Below, one piece after another: positions 42,995 through 51,940 of a DNA stretch of 64,000 nt. Under the pieces are notes generated by a model. That model saw nothing but the letters and a program-made list of their open reading frames with translations, was not told the origin of the DNA and ran no database searches. The stretch covers positions 31,788 to 95,787 of the forward strand of contig DATIWE010000065.1 in NCBI GenBank assembly GCA_035519495.1. Direction: 5' to 3'. The position numbers and the translations under genes are program-made. This DNA is from Actinomycetota bacterium. Its GTDB lineage: Bacteria; Actinomycetota; UBA4738; HRBIN12. Positions within the stretch are counted from its first letter, which is position 1; each line of letters starts with the position of its first letter.

Positions 42995-44419
42995 TTGCGC
43001 GCGAGGCGGACCCTGCGCCGGCAGGTCAGCGCGGAGGAAGGCGTCGTCGCGGTTCTTACCGCGCTCCTCATGGTCGTGCTCCTGACCTCCGTCGCGTTCA
43101 CGATCGACCTGGGCCGTCTCCGTCACGAGAAGCAGACGCTGCAGAACGCGGTGGACCTTTCGTCGCTCGCTGGCGCGGGGTTGCTGCCGGTGAGGACGCC
43201 GGCCGAAGCGCTGGCGGCGACGACCCTCGCGCAGAACATCGCCCTGGCGAACGCGCCTGAGCTCGCGACCGCGCCCCCCGGTTCGCTGCAGATCTCCTAC
43301 AAGTGCGTGGTGTCGAACCCGAGCGGCGACCCGCGGACCTCGACCGATCTGGGCTCCGCTTGCGGCCCGGCCACTCCCGGCAGTTGGGATAGCCTCGCCA
43401 CGTGGACGCTCAAGACGAGCCGCGCTTCACACGTCTGCGATCCGAACGCGGGCGACATGTGCAACACGATCGTGGTTCGGGCGTCGAACATCGTGCCCTA
43501 CTACTTTGCCCCGGTCATCGGCATCAACCAAGGCAGCACCGGCGTCGTGCAGGGCGCCGCGTGCACGGGCACCTGTGGCAACCCTGCCGCGCCGCTCGAC
43601 GTGGTGATGGTGCTGGACCGAACGACGTCGATGACGTCCGCGGATGTTCAGAACCTGAAGGACGGGGCGATGACGGTGCTGGACGCGTACGACGCGAGTG
43701 AGCAGTGGATCGGGTTCGTCTCACTGCCATACGGCCAGCCCAACAACAAGTGCGCCGTCAACAGGACGCAGAACTACCCGACGAACGGGCAGAACCCCGC
43801 GACGACGTGGGAAGGTGCGCCGATCCAGGGTGGCTACGATCTGCCGACCCCGGGCGGGCCGCACGATCCGAACAGTCCGCTCGCACGAGCGATCAACTGC
43901 ATGCTGTCGGGCGACACGAACCCGGTGAACGTTGCTGGCATGAACCCGCTGAACCAAGCGAACCGGGGTCAGACGGATCTCGGAGACCCCCTGGACGCCG
44001 CACAGTACATGCTGGCCCACGAAGGTCGCGCCGGGGTCCCGAAGGTCGTGATCTTCGAGACCGACGGACAGGCGAACCAGCCGTGGCTGATCAACCAGGG
44101 GCCGTGCAACTACCTGAACCAGCAGGCCGCCCAGGCGAAGGCCAGCGGTATCACGATCTACACGATCGCGTATGGGCTGGACAATCCCCCGGTGAAGTGC
44201 ACCGACCCCAGCGGCCCGTTCGTCAACAAGTACGCCACCACGAACCTGGCGATGGCGGCCACGAACTCGACGGACGATCTGCCGGGCGGTTGCGCTGCCA
44301 CGGAGAACAACCCGACGGAAGACGACTACTTCTGCACTCCGGGCAGCTCCGACCTCGACCCGGTCTTCCGAAGCGTCGCGCAGATCTCCCTCAAGAAGGC
44401 TCGCCTCCTCGACGTGTAG
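42995..44419 (+). CDS. TadG-like N-terminal domain fused to von Willebrand factor A domain
   Basis: ORF 42995..44419(+), 474 aa, TTG start 7 nt after GAGGGGA. The Tad_N-like segment is EEGVVAVLTALLMVVLLTSVAFTIDLGRL. The vWA region reads VVMVLDRTTSMTS (MIDAS-like DxTxS), VVIFETDGQAN, ITIYTIAYG. Confidence 0.8.
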   Translation: MRARRTLRRQVSAEEGVVAVLTALLMVVLLTSVAFTIDLGRLRHEKQTLQNAVDLSSLAGAGLLPVRTPAEALAATTLAQNIALANAPELATAPPGSLQISYKCVVSNPSGDPRTSTDLGSACGPATPGSWDSLATWTLKTSRASHVCDPNAGDMCNTIVVRASNIVPYYFAPVIGINQGSTGVVQGAACTGTCGNPAAPLDVVMVLDRTTSMTSADVQNLKDGAMTVLDAYDASEQWIGFVSLPYGQPNNKCAVNRTQNYPTNGQNPATTWEGAPIQGGYDLPTPGGPHDPNSPLARAINCMLSGDTNPVNVAGMNPLNQANRGQTDLGDPLDAAQYMLAHEGRAGVPKVVIFETDGQANQPWLINQGPCNYLNQQAAQAKASGITIYTIAYGLDNPPVKCTDPSGPFVNKYATTNLAMAATNSTDDLPGGCAATENNPTEDDYFCTPGSSDLDPVFRSVAQISLKKARLLDV

Positions 44420-44460
44420 CCGTCCTCCGACGGTTCGATCGCCGCACGGCTCCGCGCCTG

Positions 44461-44466
44461 TACACT
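44461..44466 (+). promoter_or_regulatory. Putative -10 box (TACACT) of leaderless saccharopine dehydrogenase-like gene promoter
   Basis: TACACT lies 8 nt upstream of GTG 44475. Confidence 0.4.
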
Positions 44467-44474
44467 GCCGCGCC

Positions 44475-45698
44475 GTGAAGATCCTGGTGATGGGCTGCGG
44501 GGGTGTCGGCGCGGCGTTCGCGCCCATCGCCGCCCGCCGAGACTTCTACGAGCATATCGTCTTCGCGGACCACCACCGCGGCCGAGCGCAGGGCGTCGTG
44601 GATCGCTACGACGGCGGCACCGGTCGGTTCAGCGCCGCCCAGGTCGACGCAGCCGACGCAGCGGGGATCGCTGATCTCATCATCGCCGAGGGCATCACCC
44701 ATGTGCTGAACGCCGTTGATCCGCGGTTCGTGATGCCGATCTTCGACGGTGCGTTCGCCGCCGGCGCGACCTACCTCGACATGGCGATGTCGTTGTCGAA
44801 GCCGCATCCCGAGGAGCCGTACGCGAAGACGGGGGTGAAGCTCGGCGATCGGCAGTTCGAGGCGGCGCCGGCGTGGGAGGACGCTGGGCTGCTGGCGCTC
44901 GTCGGCGTCGGGGTCGAGCCCGGCCTGTCGGACGTGTTCGCCCGGTACGCGCAGGATCACCTCTTCTCCTCGATCGACGAGGCGGGCGTGCGCGACGGCT
45001 CGAACCTGGTCGTGGCCGGGTACGACTTCGCGCCCAGCTTCTCGATCTGGACCACGATCGAGGAGTGCCTCAATCCCCCGGTGGTTTGGGAGCGCGACCG
45101 CGGCTGGTTCACGTTGCCGCCGTTCAGCGAGCCGGAGGTGTTCTCGTTCCCCGAGGGGATCGGCCCGGTCGAGTGCGTCCACGTCGAACACGAAGAGGTC
45201 CTCCTGATCCCTCGATGGATCGAGTGCCGGCGCGCGACGTTCAAGTACGGCTTGGGAGAAGCCTTCATCGAGGTGCTCAGGGTCCTGCACAAGCTCGGTC
45301 TGGACCGGACCGAGCCGCTCGACGTCCGCGGCATCTCGATCAGCCCGCGCGACGTGGTGGCGGCGGGCCTGCCCGATCCGGCGACGCTCGGACCACAGAT
45401 GTCCGGCCGAACGTGCGCCGGGACGTGGGTGACCGGCACCGGAACCGACGGGCGTCCGCGAGAGGTCTACCTCTACCACGTGGTCGATAACGAGGAGACG
45501 TGGGGGCGCGACACGACGCAGGCCGTCGTGTGGCAGACCGCGATCAACCCGGTGGTCGCACTCGAGCTCCTCGCCGACGGCACGTGGAACGGGGTAGGCG
45601 TGCTCGGTCCCGAGGCGTTCCCCCCCGACCCATTCCTGGAGCTCCTGCACGACTACGGCTCGCCCTGGGGTATCGAGGAGCGGTTGCCCGCCACCTGA
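44475..45698 (+). CDS. Saccharopine dehydrogenase-family NAD(P)-binding protein
   Basis: ORF 44475..45698(+), 407 aa. Rossmann motif KILVMGCGGVG, and ...THVLNAVDPRFVMPIFDGAFAAGATYLDMA... is typical of the Sacchrp_dh family. Confidence 0.82.
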   Translation: MKILVMGCGGVGAAFAPIAARRDFYEHIVFADHHRGRAQGVVDRYDGGTGRFSAAQVDAADAAGIADLIIAEGITHVLNAVDPRFVMPIFDGAFAAGATYLDMAMSLSKPHPEEPYAKTGVKLGDRQFEAAPAWEDAGLLALVGVGVEPGLSDVFARYAQDHLFSSIDEAGVRDGSNLVVAGYDFAPSFSIWTTIEECLNPPVVWERDRGWFTLPPFSEPEVFSFPEGIGPVECVHVEHEEVLLIPRWIECRRATFKYGLGEAFIEVLRVLHKLGLDRTEPLDVRGISISPRDVVAAGLPDPATLGPQMSGRTCAGTWVTGTGTDGRPREVYLYHVVDNEETWGRDTTQAVVWQTAINPVVALELLADGTWNGVGVLGPEAFPPDPFLELLHDYGSPWGIEERLPAT

Positions 45699-45736
45699 GC
45701 GAGCGGCGCGTTCCGCCCTCCGAACGGCTCGATCCG

Positions 45737-45757
45737 GGCGACCTCACTTAGGTCGCC
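45737..45757 (+). terminator. Weak hairpin after the saccharopine dehydrogenase-like gene
   Basis: GGCGACC-tcactta-GGTCGCC: 7-bp stem, 39 nt after the TGA, with no U tract. Confidence 0.25.
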
Positions 45758-45808
45758 GACCGCCTCAGCCGATGTTCGAACGAGAACCAGCGGAGGTGGC
45801 GGATCACG

Positions 45809-47908
45809 ATGAGCTCCGGGGCCGAGGGAGTCGGCTCCTTCGATGACGACGGTGAGCTCGCCGGCCTGATCGAGGCCGGCGCGCTGCTCGACGCCACCCC
45901 CGAATGCCTCCTGGTGGTGCGCGCCGACGGCAGCATCTTGGACGCGAACGACCAGGTCGAGGAGCTCACCGGTTTCGCGCGGGGAGAGCTCGTCGGTCGC
46001 TCGATCGAGCTGCTGGTCGCCAGCGACGTCGTGGCGTTGCCCGCCGGCAGCCGGGTCGAAACCGTGTGCCTGCGGGCCGGAGGCGACGGCATCGCGGTGG
46101 AGGTCCGGGTCGGCGCGATCGACGGCGACGCGCGGCTGCGCGTGCTCACGCTCCGCGACACCACCGAGCTGCGCGCCGGCCGGGACGCCGAGGTGAAGTT
46201 CCGCGCCCTCGTCGAACAGATCTCCGCGATCACGTACACGTGGGCGTGGGACGCGGACCGGTACTTCGTGCGCTACGTCAGCCCGCAGCTCGAGGAGATC
46301 CTGGGGTACGCGGTCGCCGACTGGATCGCCGATCCCACCGCATGGTACGGCTGGGTCCACCCCGAGGACCGCGCCGGGGTCATCGACGAGAACAAGCGCT
46401 GCGAGCGGACGGGCGAGCCGCACTCCATGGTCTACCGGATGCTCCGCAAGGACGGCTCGGTCATCTGGGTCGAGGACTCGTGGGTCGTCGTGGACGATGA
46501 ACGCGACGGGCGGCGGGTGTTCCAGGGCGTCGTGTTCGACGTGACCGCCCGGAAGGAGGCGGAGGCCGAGATCGCGTTCCGGGCGAACCACGACAAGCTC
46601 ACGAACCTGCCGAACCGGCATCTGTTCGAGGAGATGTTGGAGAAGGCGATCGCCCGGGCCCGCCGCCACGATCACGGCGTCGGGGTCCTCTACCTGGATC
46701 TGGACAACTTCAAGCTCGTGAACGACTCGCTCGGCCACCATGCCGGCGACGAGTTGTTGGTGGAGCTGGGGGAGCGCCTGCGCACCTGCACGCGCGACAC
46801 CGACCTCGTGGCCCGGCAGGGCGGCGACGAGTTCCTCCTGCTGCTCGCGGATCTGGAACGGGGCACCGGCGGGCCCGACGCGCCGGACCCCTCGATGGTC
46901 GTCACGGAGTCGGTCGCCTCGCGCATCCACGACGCGCTCGCCGAGCCGTTCGACCTGAACGGGACCCAGTTCTACGCGACCGGCTCGATCGGGGTGAGCC
47001 TCTTCCCGCAGGACGCGCAGGACGCGGAGTCACTCCTGCGCAACGCCGACGCGGCGATGTACCAGTCGAAGAAGCAGGAGCCCGGCGGCTACGTGGTCTT
47101 CGCCACCGAGGGCGACGACGCGTTGAAGAAGCTGTCGCTGACGACCCGGTTGCGCGAGGCGGTCCACCAGGAGCACTGGGTGCTGCACTGGCAGCCGATC
47201 TACGACATCGAGACCGGCGACGTGGAGTCGCTGGAGGCGCTCGTGCGCTGGCTGGACCCGAACGGCGGCCTCGTCCCGCCCGGCGAGTTCATCCCGCTCG
47301 CCGAGGAGCTCGGCCTGATCGAGGCGATCGGGGATTGGGTGATCGCTGAGGTGGTGCGTCAGCAGGCGGACTGGGCGGCGAGCGGACTGGACCTGCGCGT
47401 CGGGTTCAACCTCTCCCCACGGCAGCTCTGGTCGGCGCATCTGGCCGAGAAGATCTTGGGCAAGCTCCGCGCGGGCGGCGTTGACCCCGGCTCCGTGGTG
47501 GTCGAGATCACGGAGTCGACGGCCATGGCCGATCCCGACCGCACGCAGAAGATCCTGTCCGAGCTGCATGCCTGGGGCTTCTCGCTCGCGCTGGACGACT
47601 TCGGGACCGGCTACTCCTCACTGGCCAGGCTGAAGCACATGCCGGTCGACGTCCTGAAGATCGATCGCGCCTTCATCCGGGACGTGCACCTGGACGCGGG
47701 CCTGGCGAGCATGGTGCGCGCCATGATCCAGCTCGCGCAGGGCCTCGAGATGGTTCCCCTCGCCGAAGGCGTCGAGACCCAGCAGGAGCTCGAGTTCCTG
47801 CGCGGGAACGGCTGCCGGCTGGCGCAGGGCTTCCTGTTCTCGCGGCCGGTGCCGGCCGACCAGATCCCGGCGCTCGTCACCCGCACGTTCGAGCGCGCCC
47901 CGCACTGA
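45809..47908 (+). CDS. PAS-PAS-GGDEF-EAL cyclic-di-GMP turnover protein
   Basis: ORF 45809..47908(+), 699 aa, with two PAS-like segments. GGDEF is intact (RQGGDEFLLLL), with an RxxD I-site (RDTD) five residues upstream. EAL is intact (LEALVRW), and DDFGTGYSS follows. SD GGAGG upstream. Confidence 0.92.
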   Translation: MSSGAEGVGSFDDDGELAGLIEAGALLDATPECLLVVRADGSILDANDQVEELTGFARGELVGRSIELLVASDVVALPAGSRVETVCLRAGGDGIAVEVRVGAIDGDARLRVLTLRDTTELRAGRDAEVKFRALVEQISAITYTWAWDADRYFVRYVSPQLEEILGYAVADWIADPTAWYGWVHPEDRAGVIDENKRCERTGEPHSMVYRMLRKDGSVIWVEDSWVVVDDERDGRRVFQGVVFDVTARKEAEAEIAFRANHDKLTNLPNRHLFEEMLEKAIARARRHDHGVGVLYLDLDNFKLVNDSLGHHAGDELLVELGERLRTCTRDTDLVARQGGDEFLLLLADLERGTGGPDAPDPSMVVTESVASRIHDALAEPFDLNGTQFYATGSIGVSLFPQDAQDAESLLRNADAAMYQSKKQEPGGYVVFATEGDDALKKLSLTTRLREAVHQEHWVLHWQPIYDIETGDVESLEALVRWLDPNGGLVPPGEFIPLAEELGLIEAIGDWVIAEVVRQQADWAASGLDLRVGFNLSPRQLWSAHLAEKILGKLRAGGVDPGSVVVEITESTAMADPDRTQKILSELHAWGFSLALDDFGTGYSSLARLKHMPVDVLKIDRAFIRDVHLDAGLASMVRAMIQLAQGLEMVPLAEGVETQQELEFLRGNGCRLAQGFLFSRPVPADQIPALVTRTFERAPH

Positions 47909-47954
47909 ACGAAGGGATCGACGAGCCTCCGCGGAGGCATCGGCGGGCGTTCGC

Positions 47955-47960
47955 TACCAT
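47955..47960 (+). promoter_or_regulatory. Putative -10 box (TACCAT) of leaderless leuS promoter
   Basis: TACCAT lies 9 nt upstream of ATG 47970. Confidence 0.4.
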
Positions 47961-47969
47961 CTGCGCACG

Positions 47970-50423
47970 ATGACCCGACGCTACGACCCGTCCGAGTTCG
48001 AGCCGAGGTGGGTGCAGGTCTGGGAGGAGGAGGGCCTCTACCGGGCCTCCGAGGATCCCGCCGACGCGCGGCCCCGCTTCTACGCCCTCGACATGTACCC
48101 CTACCCCTCGGGCGACCTCCACATGGGGCACGCGGAGGCGTTCAGCGGCGGGGACGTGGTGGCGCGGTTCCGGATGCTGCAGGGGAACAACGTGCTCCAT
48201 CCGGTCGGCTGGGACGCCTTCGGCCTGAACGCCGAGAACGCGGCGATCAAGCGCGGCGCCGACCCGAAGATCTGGACCTACGCGAACATCGAGCAGCAGG
48301 CCGCCTCGTTCAAGCGCATGGGGATGTCGTTCGACTGGAGCCGGCGTCTGGCGTCGTCGGATCCCGAGTTCTACCGGTGGACCCAGTGGCTGTTCCTGCG
48401 CTTCTTCGAGCGCGGGCTGGCGTACCGGAAGAACGCGCCGGTCAACTGGTGCCCGAAGGATCAGACCGTGCTCGCGAACGAGCAGGTGATCGATGGGCGG
48501 TGCGAGCGGTGCGGCACGCCGGTGGAGCGTCGCGACCTTACGCAATGGTTCTTCAAGATCACGGACTACGCCCAGCGCCTCCTCGACGACATGGACGAAC
48601 TGACCGCGTGGCCCGAGCGCGTCATCACGATGCAGCGCAACTGGATCGGCCGCTCGGAGGGCGCCGAGGTGACGTTCACGATCCAGGAGACCGGCGAGGA
48701 GATCACGATCTTCACCACACGCCCCGACACGCTTTGGGGCGTAACGTTCTTCGTCTTCGCGGTCGAGCATCCCGCGGTGCGGCGGCTGGCTGAGCTCGCG
48801 GGGACGTGGGACGCGGTGCGACCGCTGGTCGACGAGGTGCGGGCGACGTCGCTCGTCGAGCGCGACGCCGTCGATACGACGAAGGGCGTGTCGCTCGGCG
48901 TGCACGCCGTGAACCCCGTGAACGGCGAGGCCGTGCCGTGCTTCGTCGCGCCGTACGTGCTGATGGAGTACGGCACAGGGGCGATCATGGCCGTGCCCGC
49001 GCACGACCAGCGCGACTTCGAGTTCGCCCGCGCGCACGACCTGCCGATCAAGATCGTGATCGAGCCGGCGGGGGAGGGCGTCGACCCCGAGACGATGACC
49101 GAGGCGCTGCCGCACGAGGGCCGGATGGTCAACAGCGGTCCGTTCGACGGCGAGGGGTCGCCGGCGTCGATCGCCGCGGTGACGGCATGGCTCGAGACCG
49201 AAGGTCGCGGGAGCGCGGCGACCCACTTCCGTTTGCGCGACTGGTTGCTGTCCCGGCAGCGCTACTGGGGGGCGCCGATCCCGATCGTGCACTGCCCGTC
49301 GTGTGGCGAGGTGGCGGTGCCCGACGACCAGCTTCCGGTGCTCCTGCCGGACGATGTCGATTTCCAGCCGGGCGGGGAGTCGCCGCTCGCGCGGCACCCC
49401 ACGTGGAAGCACGTGGCCTGCCCGAGCTGCGGCGGCGAGGCGGAGCGCGACACCGACACGATGGACACGTTCGTCGACTCGAGTTGGTACTACTTCCGGT
49501 ACTGCTCGCCGGGGTATGGGGACGGCCCGTTCCGGCCCGAGGACGTCGAGCGGTGGATGCCGGTGGGCCAGTACACCGGCGGGGTTGAGCACGCGATCTT
49601 GCACCTGCTCTACTCGCGCTTCTTCACGAAGGTGTTACACGACATGGGCATGGTGTCGTTCGTCGAGCCGTTCCCCCGTCTGATGAACCAGGGGCAGGTG
49701 ATCTACGACGGCGCCTCGATGAGCAAGACGAAGGGCAACATCGTCGAGCCGATGCCGATCGTCGAGCGCTGGGGCGCGGACACGATGCGACTGGTCATGC
49801 TGTTCGCAGGGCCGTTCGAGGACGACATCGACTGGAAGCTGATCGAGAGCCCGCCGGATCGGCGACCGGGCGTGACCTCGTGGCTGGGACGGGTCTTCAC
49901 GGCGGTCGGTGATGCGGTGGAGCGCGGCGGCGCGGCCGAGCCGGAGGCCCTCCGACGCCTGCGCCATCGAACGGTCAAGGGGGTCACCGAGGACCTCGAG
50001 CGCTTCCGGTTCAACACGGCGATCTCGAAACTGATGGTCCTGACGAACGAGATCCGCTCGGCGCTCGACGCGGGCGACGGCGCGCTGGCCGCGGCCGAGG
50101 TCCTCGTGCAGCTGCTCGCCCCGTTCGCGCCCTTCGCCGCCGAGGAGCTCTGGAGGGTCGAGCTGGGGTCGGCGGCCTCGGTGCACACGTCGGCGTGGCC
50201 CTCCTTCGATCGGACGGCTGCCTCGGAGGACACCGTCACGCTCGTCGTCCAGGTCGACGGGAAGGTGCGGGCGAAGGCCGAGGTGCCGGCGACCCTGGAC
50301 GAGGAGGGGGCGCTGGAGATCGCGCGGGGTGCCGACGGGGTGCGGCGTGCGCTCGACGGTCGCGAGGTCGTGAAGGAGATCGTCCGGGCGCCGAAGCTCG
50401 TGAACTTCGTGACCCGCCACTGA
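47970..50423 (+). CDS. leuS: Leucine--tRNA ligase
   Basis: ORF 47970..50423(+), 817 aa: YPSGDLHMGH (HIGH) and SMSKTKGN (KMSKS). Confidence 0.97.
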   Translation: MTRRYDPSEFEPRWVQVWEEEGLYRASEDPADARPRFYALDMYPYPSGDLHMGHAEAFSGGDVVARFRMLQGNNVLHPVGWDAFGLNAENAAIKRGADPKIWTYANIEQQAASFKRMGMSFDWSRRLASSDPEFYRWTQWLFLRFFERGLAYRKNAPVNWCPKDQTVLANEQVIDGRCERCGTPVERRDLTQWFFKITDYAQRLLDDMDELTAWPERVITMQRNWIGRSEGAEVTFTIQETGEEITIFTTRPDTLWGVTFFVFAVEHPAVRRLAELAGTWDAVRPLVDEVRATSLVERDAVDTTKGVSLGVHAVNPVNGEAVPCFVAPYVLMEYGTGAIMAVPAHDQRDFEFARAHDLPIKIVIEPAGEGVDPETMTEALPHEGRMVNSGPFDGEGSPASIAAVTAWLETEGRGSAATHFRLRDWLLSRQRYWGAPIPIVHCPSCGEVAVPDDQLPVLLPDDVDFQPGGESPLARHPTWKHVACPSCGGEAERDTDTMDTFVDSSWYYFRYCSPGYGDGPFRPEDVERWMPVGQYTGGVEHAILHLLYSRFFTKVLHDMGMVSFVEPFPRLMNQGQVIYDGASMSKTKGNIVEPMPIVERWGADTMRLVMLFAGPFEDDIDWKLIESPPDRRPGVTSWLGRVFTAVGDAVERGGAAEPEALRRLRHRTVKGVTEDLERFRFNTAISKLMVLTNEIRSALDAGDGALAAAEVLVQLLAPFAPFAAEELWRVELGSAASVHTSAWPSFDRTAASEDTVTLVVQVDGKVRAKAEVPATLDEEGALEIARGADGVRRALDGREVVKEIVRAPKLVNFVTRH

Positions 50424-50424
50424 C

Positions 50425-51204
50425 TCAGTCCAGGAACGACAGCTCCTCGCCGACGTGCACCCTGCCCGGACGCTCGACGTCCGCGTAGACGCCCATCACC
50501 AGGTCGGTGCCGACGTGCCGGTAGGTGGCGAGGACCTCGAGCGTGGGGAAGTCCTTCCTCCCCGTATCCGGATCGAGCGTGGTGATGACGCAGCGCGGCA
50601 CGGGATCGCCCACCCGGAGGATCGCTTCGCCGACCCCGATCCGGCGTCCGGCCCACGTGTCCTCCTCGAGCGGTTCGCAGCCGTCGAGCTCCATCGTCAT
50701 GCGGAACCGGCGCGGGTCGGGCATGCCGCCGCTCCAGCGGGGGCCGGCGCGGCGACCGAGGTCCTCGACCGTGGCCAGCGAGATCATCGTGACCGCCTTC
50801 ACGTCGCGCGCGTTCTCCTCCTCGACGCGGACGAGGATCAGGTCCTCGTGCAGGTCTTCGGACAGGAAGTGATCCACGGCGGTGTGGAAGACCTTGCGCG
50901 CGGTGATCGTCCGGTCGTACATCCGCACGGGGAAGACCTCCTCGTCTTCGGACGCGTCGTACGCGCTCCAGCAGGTGGAGCCGTCGGGGAACACGAACGT
51001 GAGCGAGCCGTCGGCCGGATCAGCGGTGACGCGGATGCCGAGGAGCGGCGCCTTCTCGGCGCCGGAGAGCCGCTGTCCGTCCTCGTGCAGGATCAGGTAG
51101 CGGCGGTCGCCCGCGACGCCAGAGGGCGCGAGCTCGACCTCGTCCGGGTGCGTGAGGGCGGTCGACTTCACGATGGTCGTGTTGAATCGGCCGACGCTCG
51201 GCAT
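50425..51204 (-). CDS. MOSC domain-containing protein
   Basis: Last 259 codons of ORF 50425..53208(-): MPSVGRFNTTIVKSTAL... ...RRFRMTMELDG...VPRCVITTLDPDTG... The start is supported by the -10 box 7 nt upstream. Confidence 0.8.
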   Translation of the reverse strand: MPSVGRFNTTIVKSTALTHPDEVELAPSGVAGDRRYLILHEDGQRLSGAEKAPLLGIRVTADPADGSLTFVFPDGSTCWSAYDASEDEEVFPVRMYDRTITARKVFHTAVDHFLSEDLHEDLILVRVEEENARDVKAVTMISLATVEDLGRRAGPRWSGGMPDPRRFRMTMELDGCEPLEEDTWAGRRIGVGEAILRVGDPVPRCVITTLDPDTGRKDFPTLEVLATYRHVGTDLVMGVYADVERPGRVHVGEELSFLD

Positions 51205-51211
51205 GGACCGC

Positions 51212-51217
51212 ATGCTA
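51212..51217 (-). promoter_or_regulatory. Putative -10 box (TAGCAT) of leaderless MOSC gene promoter
   Basis: Plus-strand atgcta is TAGCAT on the minus strand, 7 nt upstream of ATG 51204. Confidence 0.4.
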
Positions 51218-51286
51218 GAGGCTCGGGGAGCGGTCGACCCGGGGTGCGATGTGGTCTGCATCACGGTCCGTCCGGACCTCCGCGCG

Positions 51287-51292
51287 TACGGT
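51287..51292 (+). promoter_or_regulatory. Putative -10 box (TACGGT) of leaderless comEA promoter
   Basis: TACGGT lies 6 nt upstream of GTG 51299. Confidence 0.4.
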
Positions 51293-51298
51293 CCGGCC

Positions 51299-51940
51299 GT
51301 GGCTCTCAGGGAGCGGCTGGACGCCCTTTCGCGCGCCGAACTGGCCGGCCTCGCGGTCGTCGTCGTCGTGACGATCGCCGGCGCGGGCCTGTGGTACGCG
51401 CGCTCGCTGCCCCGTCCGGTCGATGTCGCGATGTCCGGGGCGCCGGCCGCCCCGTCGGGCGCCGGCTCGGCCGTTCCCGGCTCGGCGTCGGTCTCGGCGA
51501 GCGCGACGCCGGCCCAGCTCGTCGTCGACGTCGCCGGTCTCGTTCGGCGTCCGGGCGTGTACGCGTTCCCGCCGGGCAGCCGGGTGATCGACGCGATCCG
51601 CCGCGCCGGCGGGGCGCTGCCTCGCGCCGAGCTCGGCTCGCTGAACCTCGCCGCGCCACTCACGGACGGCACGCAGATCGTGGTGAGCGACGGAACCCTC
51701 GCGCCATCGACGGGCGCGTCCGGCTCGTCGGGGACCGGTGTCGCCGGAGCGCCCGTGAACATCAACTCGGCCTCCGAATCGGAGCTCGAGGCGCTCACCG
51801 GCGTCGGGCCCGTCACGGCGAACGCGATCATCCAGTACCGCACGGAGCACGGCCCCTTCGCCACGGTCGACGATCTGCTCAACGTCAGCGGGATCGGTCC
51901 GGCGACGTTGGAAGAGCTCCGCTCCCAGGTCACCGTGTGA
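51299..51940 (+). CDS. comEA: ComEA-family DNA-binding competence protein (TM, SLBB, helix-hairpin-helix)
   Basis: In the frame of ORF 51152..51940(+): VALRERLDALSRAELAGLAVVVVVTIAGAGLW (TM), VVDVAGLVRRPGVY (SLBB), NINSASESELEALTGVGPVTANAIIQYR (HhH). GTG 51299 was chosen because of the -10 box. ATG 51203 and ATG 51212 are the alternatives. Confidence 0.85.
   Translation: MALRERLDALSRAELAGLAVVVVVTIAGAGLWYARSLPRPVDVAMSGAPAAPSGAGSAVPGSASVSASATPAQLVVDVAGLVRRPGVYAFPPGSRVIDAIRRAGGALPRAELGSLNLAAPLTDGTQIVVSDGTLAPSTGASGSSGTGVAGAPVNINSASESELEALTGVGPVTANAIIQYRTEHGPFATVDDLLNVSGIGPATLEELRSQVTV

Noticed and set aside
44436-44452. GACGGTTCGATCGCC resembling the tRNA-Ala T-arm (GGGGTTCGAATCCCC), considered as a possible att repeat marking the islet end; a second weak match lies near 42378-42398
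   Set aside because: Only about 11 of 16 positions match, and such GC-rich strings are common here. This is not enough to call a direct repeat without a proper alignment search.
47925-47938. Perfect 14-nt palindrome GCCTCCGCGGAGGC between the EAL gene and leuS
   Set aside because: The stem would leave a 2-4 nt loop and is too short for a convincing terminator. It might be an operator near the leuS -35 position, but a single short GC palindrome in 70 percent GC DNA is not significant on its own.
51202-51205. CATG at which the MOSC ATG (minus) and a comEA candidate ATG 51203 (plus) would overlap head-to-head
   Set aside because: A TACGGT box 6 nt before GTG 51299 fits the window-wide leaderless pattern. 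It gives a normal ComEA N-terminus (short head plus TM), so the 51203 start is unlikely.
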